DNA from: Chiloscyllium plagiosum
Taxonomy: Eukaryota
Reading direction: 5' to 3'
DNA length: 64,000 nt
Assembly (NCBI RefSeq): GCF_004010195.1
Contig: NC_057719.1
Span: forward strand, 69,960,719 to 70,024,718
Part shown: one piece after another, positions 51,062 through 63,504 of the stretch
Position numbering within the stretch: position 1 is the stretch's first letter
Layout of the letters: every line of letters begins with the position of its first letter
Position numbers and translations under genes: made by a program
Notes under the pieces: generated by a model
Told to the model about the DNA's origin: nothing
Databases searched by the model: none
What the model saw: only the letters and a program-made list of their open reading frames with translations

Positions 51062-51450
51062 TGTGGATGGTCTTACACACTAAGGATTGCACTGGTTAAA
51101 ATGGTTGCTCACCACCACCCTCTGCAGGGAAGTTAGGGGTAGGCAATAAATGCTAGCCTAGCCGGTGACGCCCCAAGAATCAATCAAAAATGACTTGATG
51201 CAAGTTAGTTTCTGGGCAATAGAGTTTGGATGAGTCAAGTTAATAAAGGGCAGAAGATAGAAGGCTGGCAAGGGGAAAGATGAAATTGTCAAATCTAGAG
51301 GTAATCAGGTCATGGAAAGGTTTTAGTAATCGAAGACCTGAGTTGGGTGCACTTTGGTACTGTTACAGAGGTGTAAGTAAATGGTAAGAACATAGTAACA
51401 ATTGACAACTGGTAAACTGATAACAGTGCAACAGGCCAAGAAAGAGATGG

Positions 51451-51674
51451 CAGAGGTGGTACTACAGATGCTGGAGATTAGAGTCAAGATTAGAGTGGTG
51501 CTGGAAAAGCACAGCAGGTCAGGCAGCATCTGAGGAGCAGGAAAATCGATGTTTCGGGCAAAAGCTCTTCATCAGGAATCTTTCCTGATGAAGGGCTTTT
51601 TCCCAAAACGTCGATTTTCCTTTCTCGGATGCTGCCTGACCTGCTGTGCTTTTCCAGCACCACTCTAATCTTTA
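51451..51674. mobile_element. PLE family A-related fold-back insertion
   Basis: ~90-bp inverted arms centred ~51580; 14-bp TSD CAAGAAAGAGATGG at 51437-51450 and 51675-51688. Confidence 0.88.
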
Positions 51675-52311
51675 CAAGAAAGAGATGGGCTTGTGAAGTT
51701 CACAGTAAGCTTGAAGAGCAACACCTTAACTTCTGAACAGGCATTTTACAGTGTTCCTTATGCAACATTGAGTTTAACAATTACAGACTGTAAAACCTGT
51801 TCCCTTAGTTTATTTCATTTCTTTGTATGCATAAAGTGTGAAACCGGGTGTTGGGTGAGTGAAGGAATCCTAATGGTTAATCTCTTTCTGAAATCTCATT
51901 TTTGTTCACATTTAGCAATTATTTAAAAATTACATTTAAAAAAAAAAGTAAGTTATTGCATGAAAGAAATGAGTTAACTTTCTTCTGGGCTTAAACAAGG
52001 ATATACAAGCATTTTAAGAGCAGCTCTAATTACTTATTAAACCAGATTAAGCAGATTTCTCTGCTTTCGCAGAACTGATTTGTTATTTTTCAAAGATTAC
52101 ATATGCAAGGGTTTCTCAGTACTGCTTGAGTACACAGAATGTAAATCAAGCACTTTGGTGAGGAGGGGAACTAGAAATTAATTTTATAAAAATGGAATTA
52201 ATAGAATGAAGTTGGCAGGATAGATGATGTGTCATGGCTGCAGTATGGGGGAGCTCCTGGTGCCATAGCAACCATATCTATGGCAAGTAGCTGCAGCATA
52301 AAGGATACTCC

Positions 52312-52450
52312 TCTGTTCTGAGGAAAGGTCATTGGACTTGAAACACTAACTCTGATTTCTATCCACAGATGCTGCCAGATCTGCTTAGCTTTTCTAGCAA
52401 TTTCTATTTTTGTTTCTGATTTCCAACATCCCCAGTTCTTTCAGTTTTTA
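52312..52450 (+). mobile_element. PLE family C 3' fragment with decayed hammerhead
   Basis: GTT CTGAGGA A AGGTC-ATTG-GACTT GAAAC ACT AAC, then TCCACAGATGCTGCCAGA... Confidence 0.7.
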
Positions 52451-53469
52451 TAAGGATGTTAGACTCCAATTATGAACTGAGGATGAGCAGCAGATGTTGC
52501 AACACATTGGAGAGGGGAAAAGTTACCTGTTGACATTTTTCATCAACCTTATTCAGATCATGCTATGACACACTTAATACTGGATCTCCATGGCTCAGAG
52601 CTAGAGATAAGAGTACTCTACCCCGAGAGCCCTCGTGTGAATTCAGATCTGTCAATGGTGAAATTTGAACTCATGCTGTTAGAACATTAGCCTGGGGCTC
52701 TATATTCCTAAGCTAGTGGCTTTCTATCTATGCACTGCCTCCCTGAAAAGTTTCACATATACTTTGTTCCAGAAGATAGTCGCATCTCTTAGGTTAAGGT
52801 CATCTAATTTGGACAGGCGGTGTGACTGCAAATAACGCAAGTAACGGAATTGAGAAGGTGGGAGTGGAGGAGTCTTAGCCCCTGCAATTGTCTAATATAA
52901 CATGTTCTTGAAGATTATATGGCTGACATAGAGGGTTACAGTGTGGATGAACTGACTAGCTGTGATTAACTGTATACTACGCCATTCAAGTGGAATGTCA
53001 GGGTAGTGGGGCATATCGTAGTCTGGGAATAGACTCTTTCTCTGCATAAGAGCTAATATCCTGATGGCTGCTTTGCTTGCCCAGTATCAGGATCTGGACT
53101 ATCTGCTTAAGTACCATTGACATAGGTGAAGCTATTAAAAAAAAAGTTTTCCTTAGGCAGTATAATGAGCTAAGCACTAAGTTAAATATAGTAACTTCAA
53201 AACCTGAGCCATGTCCAAATTAGCAAAGATGACTAGAGAGACTAATATGTGGCTCCAGGATTAATATGGGAGAAGTAGGTTCTAATTTGTAAGCCACTGG
53301 CACCAGCACTGGGGAAAGTTGGGCTAAATTATTTGGGGTTGACTTCACCTGAACTGTACTGGGGCTGGGGTTACAATTAAGGTAATGCTAATTATAACTG
53401 AACACTGATTGCAAACTTTTGATTGATCCAGCAAATAGAGTCCGAGTTCACAAAAATAGTTAAAATATT

Positions 53470-54657
53470 AATTAAAGGCTCTATATCTGAATGCCTGCAG
53501 TAGTTGCAATGAAACAGATGAATTGTCAGCTAGATATGGGAGAACTAGTGGATGAGGTACTATTAGATTTTCACAAGGCTTTTGATAGTCTTAATTGAAG
53601 GGTTAACAAACAAAATTAGAGCACATAGGATTTGGAAAATATATGGGATAAATAGGAACTGATTAATGGGCAGAAAGAGGAACTAGAATATATCTGGGTC
53701 ATTTTTTCTGGTTGGTAAACTGTAACATGTGGAACCAAAATAAATATTGCTTGGATCCTAACTATTCACAATCTTTTCACATTATTTGGATGTGATGACT
53801 AAATGTAACATTTCCAAGTTTGCAGATGACATAAAGCTAGATGGGAATCAGACTGGGAGTTGGGAGGATGACGGGGAGACTCCAGCAGAGTTTGAACAGG
53901 CTAATTGTGTTAGCAAAAAAAACATGGCAAATAAATTGGAATGAAAACGGACATATATCGTAAGAGGTAAAAAGCTGAGAAGTGTTGAATTTTGAAGGGA
54001 TTTCTGTGTCCTTGTTCATGAGTCCCTGTAAGTTACCATGCAGTTTTAGGAAGGCAAATAAGAATGCTGGGTTTTATTACAAAATAATTTGAGCACAAGA
54101 TCAAATATGTTTTAATATATTTATCTAAAGTCTTGGTGAAGGTATACTTAAAAGTATCCTGTGCAATTTTGGACTCTGTACCTAAGGAAAGATATATGCC
54201 ATACAGGGAGTGCAAAAAAGGTTCGCAAAACTAATTCCTGAGAGGAAAGGACTGATGAAGAAAAATTAAATGCACTGCACTGACATTCTCTTTAATTTAG
54301 AAGAATGAGAGATGAGTTTATTCAAACATATAAGGGTATGCATGTGCACTGAGTTCGACAGGGTCAAACAGGAGACACAGTCTCTGAATAAGGGCCTGGC
54401 CATTCAGGACTGAAATGATGAGGGTACTTTTTCACATAGAAGGTGAGTGGTCATTCTTTGGGAATCTGAGACTCAAGGTTTGTGCAGGTTCCATCATTGA
54501 GTATTTTCAAGACTGAGATTGACAGTTTTCTATATATTGAAAACATCATGGAATAGAAAGATTGTGTTGGAGAATGGTTTTGAGGTAGAAGATAACCATG
54601 ATTACATTAAACAGTGGAACAGACACAATGTGCTAAATGCCCTTATTTCTTATGTTT
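53470..54657 (+). mobile_element. Old CR1 LINE fragments
   Basis: TTAGATTTTCACAAGGCTTTTGAT (LDFHKAFD), TCCAAGTTTGCAGATGAC (SKFADD), 3' UTR. Confidence 0.75.
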
Positions 54658-56390
54658 CAGTTTTTCTCTTTTGATTTCATATAGCATCTTTCAGACCATA
54701 CCTGCTCCAAGCAAATCTTTTGTTTCTTCCCTCACCGCATTCCTTTAGCCCCTACAGTACAAACTCTTCTGTCGTTCAATCTCTCCTGTCTTCCACTCTT
54801 TCTCTGCTTATCTTATGTGCTTATCCAACCCAAGTCTTGTTCTGTTTATGCACCCTCATCCTATTCCTGCTTTTAACCCCTCGGCAGCTTCTGTCAAGCA
54901 CTTTTGTGCTGTGGGTTCTATAGCATAGTCAGTCAGCTCATCAAGTCTCTGCCAGTTCATTTCAAGAGAAATCCAGCTAGTCCTACCAGTTCCACGTACT
55001 ACCACTTCCCAAAAGGTGTTCTTTCACTTTTTTCTCCTCCAAAATGAAATTGGATTAATACTTGAATAACAATTTAATCCATATTCCCCACAATCTTGGG
55101 GAGGGAATGAATTCCATACTTAAATCACTTTGAGCATAAGTTTTTCTTCTTGTCATCTATGGCTGCTTTGCTAATGAATGTACAGAGTTAAATCTGGGTC
55201 ATCTGACCTGGATCAATCCTTCAGCCATTGGAAACAGTTTCTAATTATTCTTTTTTGAACCCTTTGTAATTTTGTAAATCTCCATCAAATCCATGCCTAC
55301 ATCGAGTACTTAAACAACGTCTGCTTCTCTGTAATCCCTCATCCTTGGAGATGACCTTGTAAATTTCTTCTGAAACCTCTACAAGGTCTTCACATCCTTC
55401 TGGTGCCCAGAGTTAGAAATTATAGTCATAGTGGGATTGTGCCATTTTGTATAGGCTCAGCAAAACTCCTTTGCTTTGCACCCTATTTCTCAGTTTATCA
55501 ATTGAAGGCACAGGTTTCAGTATGATGCAATTTACAATCATGATTTTGGCAGATAATTGCACGCAACTTGTTATTTATATTGTATATACAGCCCAAATTT
55601 TCTAAACCTGGCCCTGTGTCAAAATATATTTTTTAAGAGGGCTTTGATATTTTCTCAAGGACCACTTAATGATTTTCAGGAAGAACCTAGTCATTTTTCC
55701 TAACATACTTATTAAAGGATGTGGTGATGTAGTAACAATATTTACTGCATTTGTATTCAAAAGTGCTGTTTTGACTCAGACAGAAGTAGAATTAAGAGAG
55801 TTCAACTTTGAACCATGCAATGTCCTCTCACATGCCCTTCTCTCCTTTCAGCTTCCCCTTCTCTCCCCTTGCAGCCTCCTCTTTTCCACACCTCCATGTA
55901 TGACAGCCTCCTTTGCTCCTCTATGTCAAACCATGCAACAGGCAGCATCCTCTAAACCCAACTAACAGAAATTCCTGGACTTGGTTCCCTGAAACTCTAA
56001 GGTCAGGTTCCTTGTCAAAGCCTAGGCCAGTCAATGCCCCAACCCATGTCCATGACTGACACAGCTCCCAGAGGCAATGCCTTGGCCTGCCTATCAGGGT
56101 CCTGCGTCAACACCAATCTCAAAGACTTATCCTCTGCAGCCACTTACCTTCCCAGATGCTCCTCCAATCACAGGTTGTCCCTCTCCTAAATTTTCTTCAA
56201 ATGTGGGAGGGAACCAGCATGAGAGAGATAGAATTTTGAAGAGAGGGCGAATCCTCAGATTTTGTCTCTTTCAGGTACGTTGATGAGATCTGATTAGTAA
56301 CAGGGACTCCTCCCAAACACAGGCTCCAATGATTACCACCGTATGTATTGACCTCTCTTACCCTAGCCCATCCTCCTTTGCTCATATTTC

Positions 56391-56490
56391 CCAGTTCTGA
56401 TGGAAGTTCATCAACCTGAATTGTTAAGTTTGATTCTCTGTCCACCAGTATTGCCTGACTTGCTCAGTATGCGCAGAGTGTTCTGTTTAT
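56391..56490 (+). mobile_element. Very decayed PLE family C-like fragment
   Basis: AGTTCTGATGGAAGTTCATCAACCTGAATTGTTAAG...TCCACCAG.ATTGCCTGACTTGCTCAG. Confidence 0.45.
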
Positions 56491-56721
56491 AATTCTTAAT
56501 CCTAGTCAACAAATACTCTGCATCAATGCTCATTTCTCAAAAATAAACAGGCCATAGAGGTGAAGCTAATGCTTTCTTCTGACTTGCTATTGAAATTTCT
56601 TAACTTTCCCATAGAAAACTGTAATTAATACATGACGATTAATAATATGACAGAGATTGAAATTTCTTCTGTAAATTCTGACAGAGATTGAGATTAGCTT
56701 CTGTAAATTCAAAAAAATGTA

Positions 56722-58673
56722 TTACCAGGGATAGTCACTCAATGAACACAATTTGCATGAGGCTGTCTGTGTACTTTTTAATAGATGTTTATTAGACAAA
56801 AGTGAAAACAACAAAGTGACATATGTAAAAAAAAGTTTTAAATTTTTGTTAATTTACAAAGATCTTAAATAGCAAAAAGAAAAATTCAAACACTTCTACG
56901 AACAATATCCTTTCCACAGACACAATCCAATAAAGTATCACTACGAGATTAATTTCTGACTTAAACAATGAGGACTGCAAGCATTTCCTTTTGGAATTTC
57001 TGCACTAGATATGATTCTCTGTCATTATCTCTTCCTGAGACATACAGACAAATGGAATCTAAATCACTAAGTTTTCCTAACTGAACTTTCAGAAAGTCCC
57101 TATCCCTGTCTACTTAACACAAAAGTATTAAGACCTTTCTCCAGCTCTGAAATCTTGGACTACCACAAACTCAACTGCCCTTTTGCTGTTATGAAATCTC
57201 ATCTCAACTGAAACTTGACTGTGGCCCCTGAACTGTCGTTCTTCAGCTTTGTCACATTGAATCACTCTCTAGGTGGTTAGACAATGTAGAAATGAAAGTT
57301 CCTTTTCCCTTTTACACATTGCTGATTTTTGAAGAAGGCAAAACGTGGCGGCCTATTGAGATTTGGGCTCTAATTCATGCCTCCTGGGTAAGAGCTATTG
57401 GGTTCCTAAAACAACTGAACAATGTACAGAATCCAAGGCATAGTAGAATTTGGATTTAAGGAGAAGGGAATTGTGGGAAAGCGTTCACATGGTTAACAAA
57501 GTACTTTCTAAAATATGGATTAAGAGCTGTTTATTTGATTTTAGTTTGAATATAAAAAAGAATATAACAAATCTATTCTACTCAAGATTTCAATTTCATA
57601 TTTAATGTGACAATGCTGACTGACTTATATTGTAGGTCATCACTAATCACTGCTATGATAGAAGTTTTTAATATATTGGTATGATTTAAATCTTGTTACA
57701 AAAGGACATATTTTGTTGAAGCATTGCATTTTGCATTCATCAGGACAATTCAAATTGACAATTCAAGGAAAAGATGAACATTTATAATGCATGAGAAGTA
57801 AGTGCTGAATGGTTGACAAGTAGTCTCTGACTGATGGAGGTATTGTCACAGAGAATCCACCAATTATTGATAAATGACAGTTAACTTCCAAGTATTGTTT
57901 AAATTTTAAATTTAACAATTGACAAGTTTTGTACTAACGAATTATAATTATTATTATTTGGAAAACTTGGGTTCAAAGCTAGAAGAAATATTTTAGTTTT
58001 GACTTTAATGAAGGTGACTTGTTCTTATGGTAAAAATCAGAAGGTCATTTTGAACAGTGGGTTAAAACATGATTTTTAAAAAAATCATGTGACTTAAGCT
58101 AAACACATAGATAAAGTACTTGGAGAGTTAATTGATTAAATGTTGACAAAGCTGAAGAAAGACAGTCCAAGGGCCACAATCAGGTTTCAGCTGAGATGAG
58201 GTTTCATAACAGTAAAAGGGCAATTTAGTTTGTGTTAGTCCAAGATTTCAGAGCTCGGAAAAGGTCTTAATACTTTTGTAGTTAAAGTGGACAAGGACTT
58301 TCTGAATGTTCAATTAGGGAAAATCAGTGATTTACATTCCATTGTCTATATATCTCAGGGAGGGACAATGACAGAGAATCATACCTGGTGCAGAAAATCC
58401 AAAAGGAAATGCTTGTAGTCCTCATCATTTAAGTCAGAAATTAAAGTGTTAATCTAGAAGTGATACTTTATTGGGATTGTGTATGTATAAAGGATATTAA
58501 TGGCAAAAAGCATTCAAATGTTTTTTTGCTGTTTATGATCTTTTCAAATTGACAAAAAAATAATTTTTTCTTCACGTATGTCACTTTGTTGTTTTCTCTT
58601 TTGTCCAATAAATGTACATTGGAAAGTACACAGGAAGCCTCAATGAGTGTTCAATGAGTGATCACCACAGTAA
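56722..58673. repeat. Large imperfect inverted repeat (arms ~56722-57272 and ~58120-58673)
   Basis: Collinear reverse-complement blocks across the arms, e.g. GAAAACAACAAAGTGACATA / TATGTCACTTTGTTGTTTTC, CAAGCATTTCCTTTTGGA / TCCAAAAGGAAATGCTTG, CTCTGAAATCTTGGACTA / TAGTCCAAGATTTCAGAG. Confidence 0.85.
57711..57910 (-). mobile_element. Possible fourth PLE family (D) remnant with decayed hammerhead
   Basis: Minus strand TTGTC CTGATGA ATGCAAAAT GCAA TGCT TC AACAA (stem I TTGTC/RACAA; GAAA mutated). Confidence 0.4.
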
Positions 58674-60734
58674 CTAAACTGCAAAATAAAACCATATGAT
58701 CAAGCTAGATTTATCACTAGGATCTGACTTGTCTGGTATTATCATCAGCTGGGTTTGTAAAACTGTGCAATATCAAACATGACGTGATGCAAAATGCGAA
58801 TTGAAGCAAAACCAATTAATAAGAGAATTAGATTAGAAAACATAATAATTACTGTGTTTTTGGATTTTCTGCAAAAGTGTTCATAATTGAAATGGACTCC
58901 ACATTAATGATGGAGGGATATTAATATTGAAAAATCCAGCTGCAGGAAATAAATGTTCAAGGATCTTAGTCATTTTATCGTTGAAGCTACAGTATTTTTA
59001 ACACTGCGATTTTAAACCCAATCTTGGAACAATAAATCAGGCTGCTGCCAAGTTACTTAGCCAATTAATTTTATGTGGCTAACTGCATGAAACTAGCTAA
59101 GTACAGGAAAATCAAGGCAGTTCTTGATTTTTTTTAATGGGGGCTGGAGCTATGATACATTTATCTTCCAACTTATTTTGGCAATGGTAATGATACAGCT
59201 GCATAAAAATCACAGAAAAAAATGAAATGGTCAACAGTGGAAGTCACTTACACCATAATTTCCCCTTTCTTTTGTCCATTCAAGGGCTGCTATGACATAC
59301 ATGCACTATTATAAAGAGTACAAGTTCCTTTGGACATTTTAAGCTTTCATTAGATAAGTCCCACTTAAAAGGAAGGATCAATATAGTTCAAACTATTCTT
59401 TTAAACAAATTCAGCATTGAAACTTTACACAATTGCACAGCATTTATTTAGACATCAATTCCATTAGGAGTTAATAACTTTGTCAACAAAACAAGAAGGT
59501 TTGGAAGAAATGCAACTGTCTAGGTGTGCGTCCATTGTCCAGTGAACTAAAACTGATCAGCATTTGATTGTGTCTAAGTCACTCCAAGAAACAGACGTCC
59601 AATAATGCAGACTTGCATGCTGTCAAGCCTTTTTTTAAATTCAAGACCAAAAATTGTTTTCTCTCTGCAATGACCTTAAAGTAATAATGGAAAAAACAAA
59701 AATCAATTTATTTCCTAGGAAACAAGCAAGCCCTATTTTGAGTCTTATTAACTCTAAGATTGTGCACATTATGCTTCCAGTCTCAGTCTTTCTTCAGATA
59801 AACCTAATCTTGGTCAGCACACAATAGTGATAAATTGCTCATGTCGGCTAATCTCACAACGCTACTTACCTATAAAGTATGTCGACAGGTCAGAGATTAC
59901 CTCTCTCCAACCTTTTCCAATTTACTGCTGCACTGCAAATGGATTATCAACACACTGATGTGAATGTTAATCACTGTTACTCTTACAAACAAATGTCAGG
60001 CATATTATTTATCGCAGAATAATGAACTTAAAGCAGACACAGTCTGCTTACACCACTAAGGTGTCACAATGACGACAGCAATTCAGCTTTAAAGGCTGGG
60101 ATGTTCATGATGGTGATCAACGTTTCAGGGAAAAAAAGTCTGTAATGGTCCTATGTCCAATCCATTATAAATTATGGAAAGAATTTCCATTATTAGAAGT
60201 TTATCGAGCTTGATTGTCATTCTTCCAAATAAACCACCACTCTGGTTAAAGATGCTTTAATGTAAACTCTCTTGAGTTATATTTTGCACTGTAATACACA
60301 AATCTACATTCTACATTCAAAAGTCACATTGAAATCTACAGTGGCTAGTGCCATCTCAAGATTATCTTCACTCCACAAGAGACCTTTGTTTCAAAAGTAA
60401 ATTGTTTTATGAAATGATAGAAATAATGCAAACAAATGCATGATCAACCCATATAATATTTTTCTCATTTCACTCTGAAAAATGGCTAGAATTATAACGT
60501 TTTCCCTCTTTTCACAGCAATGCTGACACTAAAGGAGAGCTATGTCACATGCACAAGTCCCAGTCTAGTATTTACCAAAAATATTATCATTCATAACAAT
60601 CTTATTGATGGGTTTCGTCATGCTGTTTGATTAGCTGAACCTGACCCTGTCTTATCTGATATCCACACACATGTTGATTGCAAAGGTCGACATCATGCAT
60701 CTGAGTCATGTGTGTTTTTCTCTCTCTAATCAAG

Positions 60735-60946
60735 ACTGTGGTGTTGGAAAAGAACAGCAGGTCAGGCAGCATCTGAGAAGCAGGGGAATCGATGATTCGG
60801 GCATAAGCCTTTCATCAGGAATGATAAAAAACTTATGCCCAAAACATCAATTCTCCTGCTGCTCGGATGCTGCCTGACCTGCTGTGCTTTTCCAGCACCA
60901 CACTCTCGACTCTGATCTCCAGCTTCTGCCGTCCTCACTTTCCTCC
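60735..60946. mobile_element. PLE family A fold-back insertion
   Basis: Inverted arms around ~60825; ends CTCTGATCTCCAGC..CTGC.GTCCTCACTTTC. Confidence 0.85.
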
Positions 60947-63478
60947 TATCTTTTGTCTCCCTATCACTGGATGAAACCATTTATTTCGAGAGGAATCAGT
61001 ACTGAATCTGGACTTCATTTATTTGGCTCAACTATCCACTGTACAATTTTGGTGAACCATTGGAGGTGTCCCAAAGAAATGTATTGGATTCTTACATTAT
61101 AATCCAAATGTAGGAGAGTCAGGACTGCTCATTGGTCACTGCATTGACTGAAGTGATTGTGGCCTAAAAATAATGAAAAGTCTACCTTTTGGGAAAGAAG
61201 ACAAATTGAATGGGAACATTCTGCATTCATTATAATTAGCAGTTTCCAGATACTATGTTAAAGCTTCTTCTACAGAATTCATGACCTGCCTTTTCCCTTA
61301 CCTTATCTTCACTTTTAGAAACTGAATAAAGCACTTAATCATTCAGAGCAGCTAGTGATAAACAATTCCACATAGATCTATACAAACTCAAGAAGAATAC
61401 ACTAGATAAGCAGTGTTGCTGTTAAAAAACACTTGACAAAGCACCTTGTAAAATGCAGAACATAGGTGCTTTATGTTTACGGAGTGGCATGCATTAATTT
61501 CACTGATGATGGGACATAATAACTCGAAGAGGTAAATTAAATGCCTCTCAAAATGACATCAGGGAGCCCACTTCTCATAGTACCAAGATCAGAGAAGGGA
61601 AAACACAAGTGCCTTCCCATTAGCTCCTTAATGAAGATAAACAGTCCATAGGTAAAAAGAGTAAAAAGAGCTGCATGCTACTAAAATCCCTTGTTTATTT
61701 TCAATACCATCATCTCCCAAAGCCCGTGATTATAATGCATTTTGACATATGATCTAGGCAAACACAATTGCTGTTAATTTTTTAAAAGCATTTTAAGAAT
61801 CATTAATATTATTAGTTTCTAGATACTTTTTAATATCTTGTTGTCTAGCGAACACCAGCAAATTTAAGTTTTTCAGCACTGGAAGCTGATTTGTACTATC
61901 ATACATCTGCTAATTTATATAGGGAACATAAGTTCTTCACAAAATATAAAATGAATGTGCACTTTGAACAGTAGGATGAAGTTTCCTCAACTTTTACTCT
62001 TATTCCTCTATTGCTTATTTTATGTACAATATAACATTTTAACTCAAGCCACAGATATCAAATGGTATTGTTATCAGATGCTACGGAGTGAGCTCTCTCA
62101 ATCCAGCACAGCTATTGCTCAACCATGTGTTATTTTAGAGAACAATCCTTGACCTTGTTAGCATTTGAAACTAAGGATGAAACTTAGCAATATTGTGTTA
62201 CAGTTGTACAAAACAAAGTGTGTTTTACTCTTGTGATAAGCAGAAGGATTAATTTATATTATATTGTAGCAACATGGTTTTCAGTTCCATTCATTCAAGA
62301 ACATAAATTGTAGCACAGAGAATGATGTACTTGGACAATTGCCATGTTAGAGAAATGTCATTGGCATATTTTGTATGGCACAGTAAATTAAGTCTAATAA
62401 AGAGTAAACATTTTTCAAGAATTTTCTTTGATTTTTTTGGATAATGGATATTTACAACCAAGTTATGGTCATTTCTGTGAAAAGCTTTCACATTCAGAAA
62501 TTAAGTCATCTGACAAGCAAAATGTTGCCGCAGTGTCCTGTAGATAGATCATTCATATGTCCTTGGATAGTTTTTTCCATGAGCACTCTTGTTGCAAATG
62601 GTTCTGTAATAATAGGATTAATGTTGCTTTTGTGAGGAGAGCAAAACCAAAGACCATTTATATCTTGTGCCATTAAGGTAATGCATTAAATTGGTCTTTA
62701 TGGCAATAATCTGCAGTTATATGGTGTCTTTAACACATTAAAACATTCAATAAGGGCTTCACAGGAGCACTATTGATCAAAAATTGAGAGTGGATACACA
62801 AGGTGATACTAAGATGGATGACTAAATATTTGGACAAAACAGTATGCTTTTAAGGAATGTCTCAGAGGAGAGAAAGAGGTAGAGAAATGTAGGGAGGAAA
62901 CTCTTAAATATTACTGCCTTGGAAGCCAAAGGCACAGCGGTGCAATATTAAAATGAAGATGGAGAATTGAAGGAATGCAGAGATCTCAAGGGTTGCAGCG
63001 ATGCAGAATATCGAAATAGAGAGGGGTGAGCCCTTGGAGAACATCAATAACAACCCAATGACAGAAAAAAAATCAATCTGAGCAGAAATAATGCAAAACT
63101 CTCTGTTTTTCTCTGTTCAAGATCTCTTTTTGTTTACCTCAACAAGACATCCCCCTCCTGTACATCGGTGAATTTCCATTTCTTGTGCTCCAATACATCC
63201 AATGATCTATGAAACCAAGACTTTGAATTAAGGTTCAAATTATGATGATTGAAGGCATTTTCCCATTGCCAAGTGAAATCTGTCAAGTGGACTGGTCAGC
63301 CAATGTCATTTCACTTTTTACTCAACAGCTTTTAGTGAGAGACCTCCTGCTGTTTTCAAACTGATCCAATCCAAGGTTGCAAAAGTACTCACTGTAATCA
63401 TTACTATAAAAGCTTATCAGCTCTATAAATTATGAGACTGCACTGTTTCCCAGTTTTAAGTATTTCATTTATTTATGG

Positions 63479-63504
63479 GAGAGAGAGAGAGAGAGAGAGA
63501 GAGA
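63479..63504. repeat. (GA)13 microsatellite
   Basis: Direct reading. Confidence 0.95.

Larger units (their letters stand above)
45678..51190 (+). mobile_element. CR1/L2-group LINE with a tRNA-SINE-like 5' head, heavily nested
   Basis: SINE-like head 46012-46250; EN N-terminus at ~46360-46455 (NIWVFMPKLGELSDRLIKPQPDTVMLTELYL); RT pieces 48240-48310 and 48646-49104; tail GGCAATAAATGCTAGCCTAGCC at ~51150. Confidence 0.7.

Noticed and set aside
52259..52287. RFX X-box-like GGTGCCATAGCAAC plus a second weak half-site
   Set aside because: Single short motif with no promoter or CpG-island context
161..60946. CRISPR-like or classical MITE interpretation of the recurring palindromic repeats
   Set aside because: Eukaryotic DNA; copies are dispersed with no spacer array; arms are asymmetric with variable long TSDs and are linked to GIY-YIG, which fits PLE retro-insertions
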